Part shown: positions 63,176 through 64,000 of the stretch, piece by piece
Position numbering within the stretch: position 1 is the first letter of the stretch
Layout of the letters: each line of letters starts with the position of its first letter
Assembly (NCBI GenBank): GCA_047601745.1
Contig: JASGIS010000001.1
Span: 3,910,086-3,974,085, forward strand
Direction: 5' to 3'
DNA from: Burkholderiaceae bacterium
Lineage (GTDB): Bacteria > Pseudomonadota > Gammaproteobacteria > Burkholderiales > Burkholderiaceae_E
DNA length: 64,000 nt
Notes under the pieces: model-generated
Told to the model about the DNA's origin: nothing
The model's database searches: none
The model's input: only the letters and a program-made list of their open reading frames with translations
Made by a program: the position numbers and the translations under genes

Positions 63176-64000
63176 TCACCGATTGTCGGCCGAGGGCTCC
63201 CGGCCGGCCGCGCGCGGCGCCCGGGCCAGCGCCAGCGCCGCGTCCAGGTCGCGCTCGACGCCGCCGTCGCCTAGGCGATCGATGAAGCCCGAGCGGCGCA
63301 GCAGCGACCGCGGCTGCTCGTTGACGTCGCACAGGATCAGCCGCGCGCCGCGCTTGTCGGTCATCCGCCGCAGCGACTCCAGCACGTCGAGGCCGCTGGT
63401 ATCCAGGTTGACGAGCTGGTGCATTTCCAGGATCAGCACGTCGGGGCGCTCGGCCTGGCGGTCGAACAGCGGTTCGAGCTTGGTCACCGAGCCGAAGAAC
63501 AGCGAGCCGAAGATCCGCCAGGCATGCACGCTGCGGCCGTCGGCGGTGCGGGCCTGCTCGGGCGCCAGCCGGATCGGTTCGAGCCGCGTCAGCGTCGACA
63601 TCCGGTGGATGAAGAACAGGCAGGCCAGCCCGAGCCCGATCTGCACGGCGACCGTCAGGTCGAAGATCACCGTCAGCGCGAACGCGCTGAGCAGGATCGT
63701 CCGGTAGCTGACCGTGTAGTGGCGCAGGTGCGCGAACGCGCGCCATTCGCCCATGTTCCACGCGACGACCAGCAGGATCGCGGCCAGCGAGGCCAGCGGA
63801 ATGTGCCGCGCCAGCGGCGCGAGCAGCAGCATCGTCAGCAGCAGCGTCAGCGCGTGGATCGCGCCGGCCACCGGCGTGCGGGCGCCGGCCCGTACGTTGG
63901 TGACGGTCCGGGCGATCGTGCCGGTGGCGGCGATGCCGCCGAAGAACGGCGTGATGAAGTTGGCCAGCCCCTGGGCCATCAGCTCCTGGTTCGGGTCGTG
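63176..64000 (-). CDS. SulP-family anion permease with C-terminal STAS domain (N-terminal part lies beyond the right edge)
   Basis: ...FFGGIAATGTIARTVTNVRAGARTPVAG... TM core, then STAS ...WRIFGSLFFGSV...LILEMHQLVNLDTSGLDVLESL. Confidence 0.85.
   Translation of the reverse strand, partial: HDPNQELMAQGLANFITPFFGGIAATGTIARTVTNVRAGARTPVAGAIHALTLLLTMLLLAPLARHIPLASLAAILLVVAWNMGEWRAFAHLRHYTVSYRTILLSAFALTVIFDLTVAVQIGLGLACLFFIHRMSTLTRLEPIRLAPEQARTADGRSVHAWRIFGSLFFGSVTKLEPLFDRQAERPDVLILEMHQLVNLDTSGLDVLESLRRMTDKRGARLILCDVNEQPRSLLRRSGFIDRLGDGGVERDLDAALALARAPRAAGREPSADNR

Overview
High-GC (roughly 68-70 % by eye) beta-proteobacterial, Burkholderiaceae-like chromosomal segment. It is almost entirely conserved housekeeping backbone. 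In order: rsgA-phhB-M48 peptidase; orn; a MATE/ArnT-like pair; trxA-rho-rpmE2; ffs (SRP RNA)-dnaX-ybaB-recR; a seven-gene minus-strand cluster whose last six genes are linked by ATGA overlaps (NUDIX-aat-bpt-pyrD-radical SAM-OCD-FAD oxidoreductase); a GGDEF/EAL gene coupled to a Hanks kinase; an ADH/BVMO/Bug/FadB-like catabolic patch; tRNA-fMet; an extra ftsH; pldA; creA; a liv-type ABC transporter; scpB-rluB; rimP-nusA-infB-rbfA-truB-typA; a SWIB protein; a second GGDEF/EAL protein; a PIN protein; an OmpA-like protein; murB; scpA; and a partial SulP permease. I found no integrase, transposase, CRISPR array, reverse transcriptase, or recognisable defence, secretion or biosynthetic module, and I cannot point to a convincing novel multi-gene system. 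The best leads are: (1) a single-gene ftsH-paralogue cassette bracketed by 22-bp direct repeats next to tRNA-fMet; (2) an uncharacterised radical-SAM/OCD/FAD-oxidoreductase triad welded by ATGA overlaps onto pyrD and the N-degron transferases; (3) a c-di-GMP enzyme translationally coupled to a Ser/Thr kinase across a (GCATCG)13 tract; (4) a promoter-plus-terminator leader or sRNA candidate in front of rimP-nusA-infB; (5) a pervasive pattern of in-frame tandem-repeat or low-complexity insertions inside universally conserved proteins (RsgA, RimP, DnaX, OCD-like, MurB, RluB). Most long ORFs in the six-frame track are antisense or off-frame artefacts of the high GC content.
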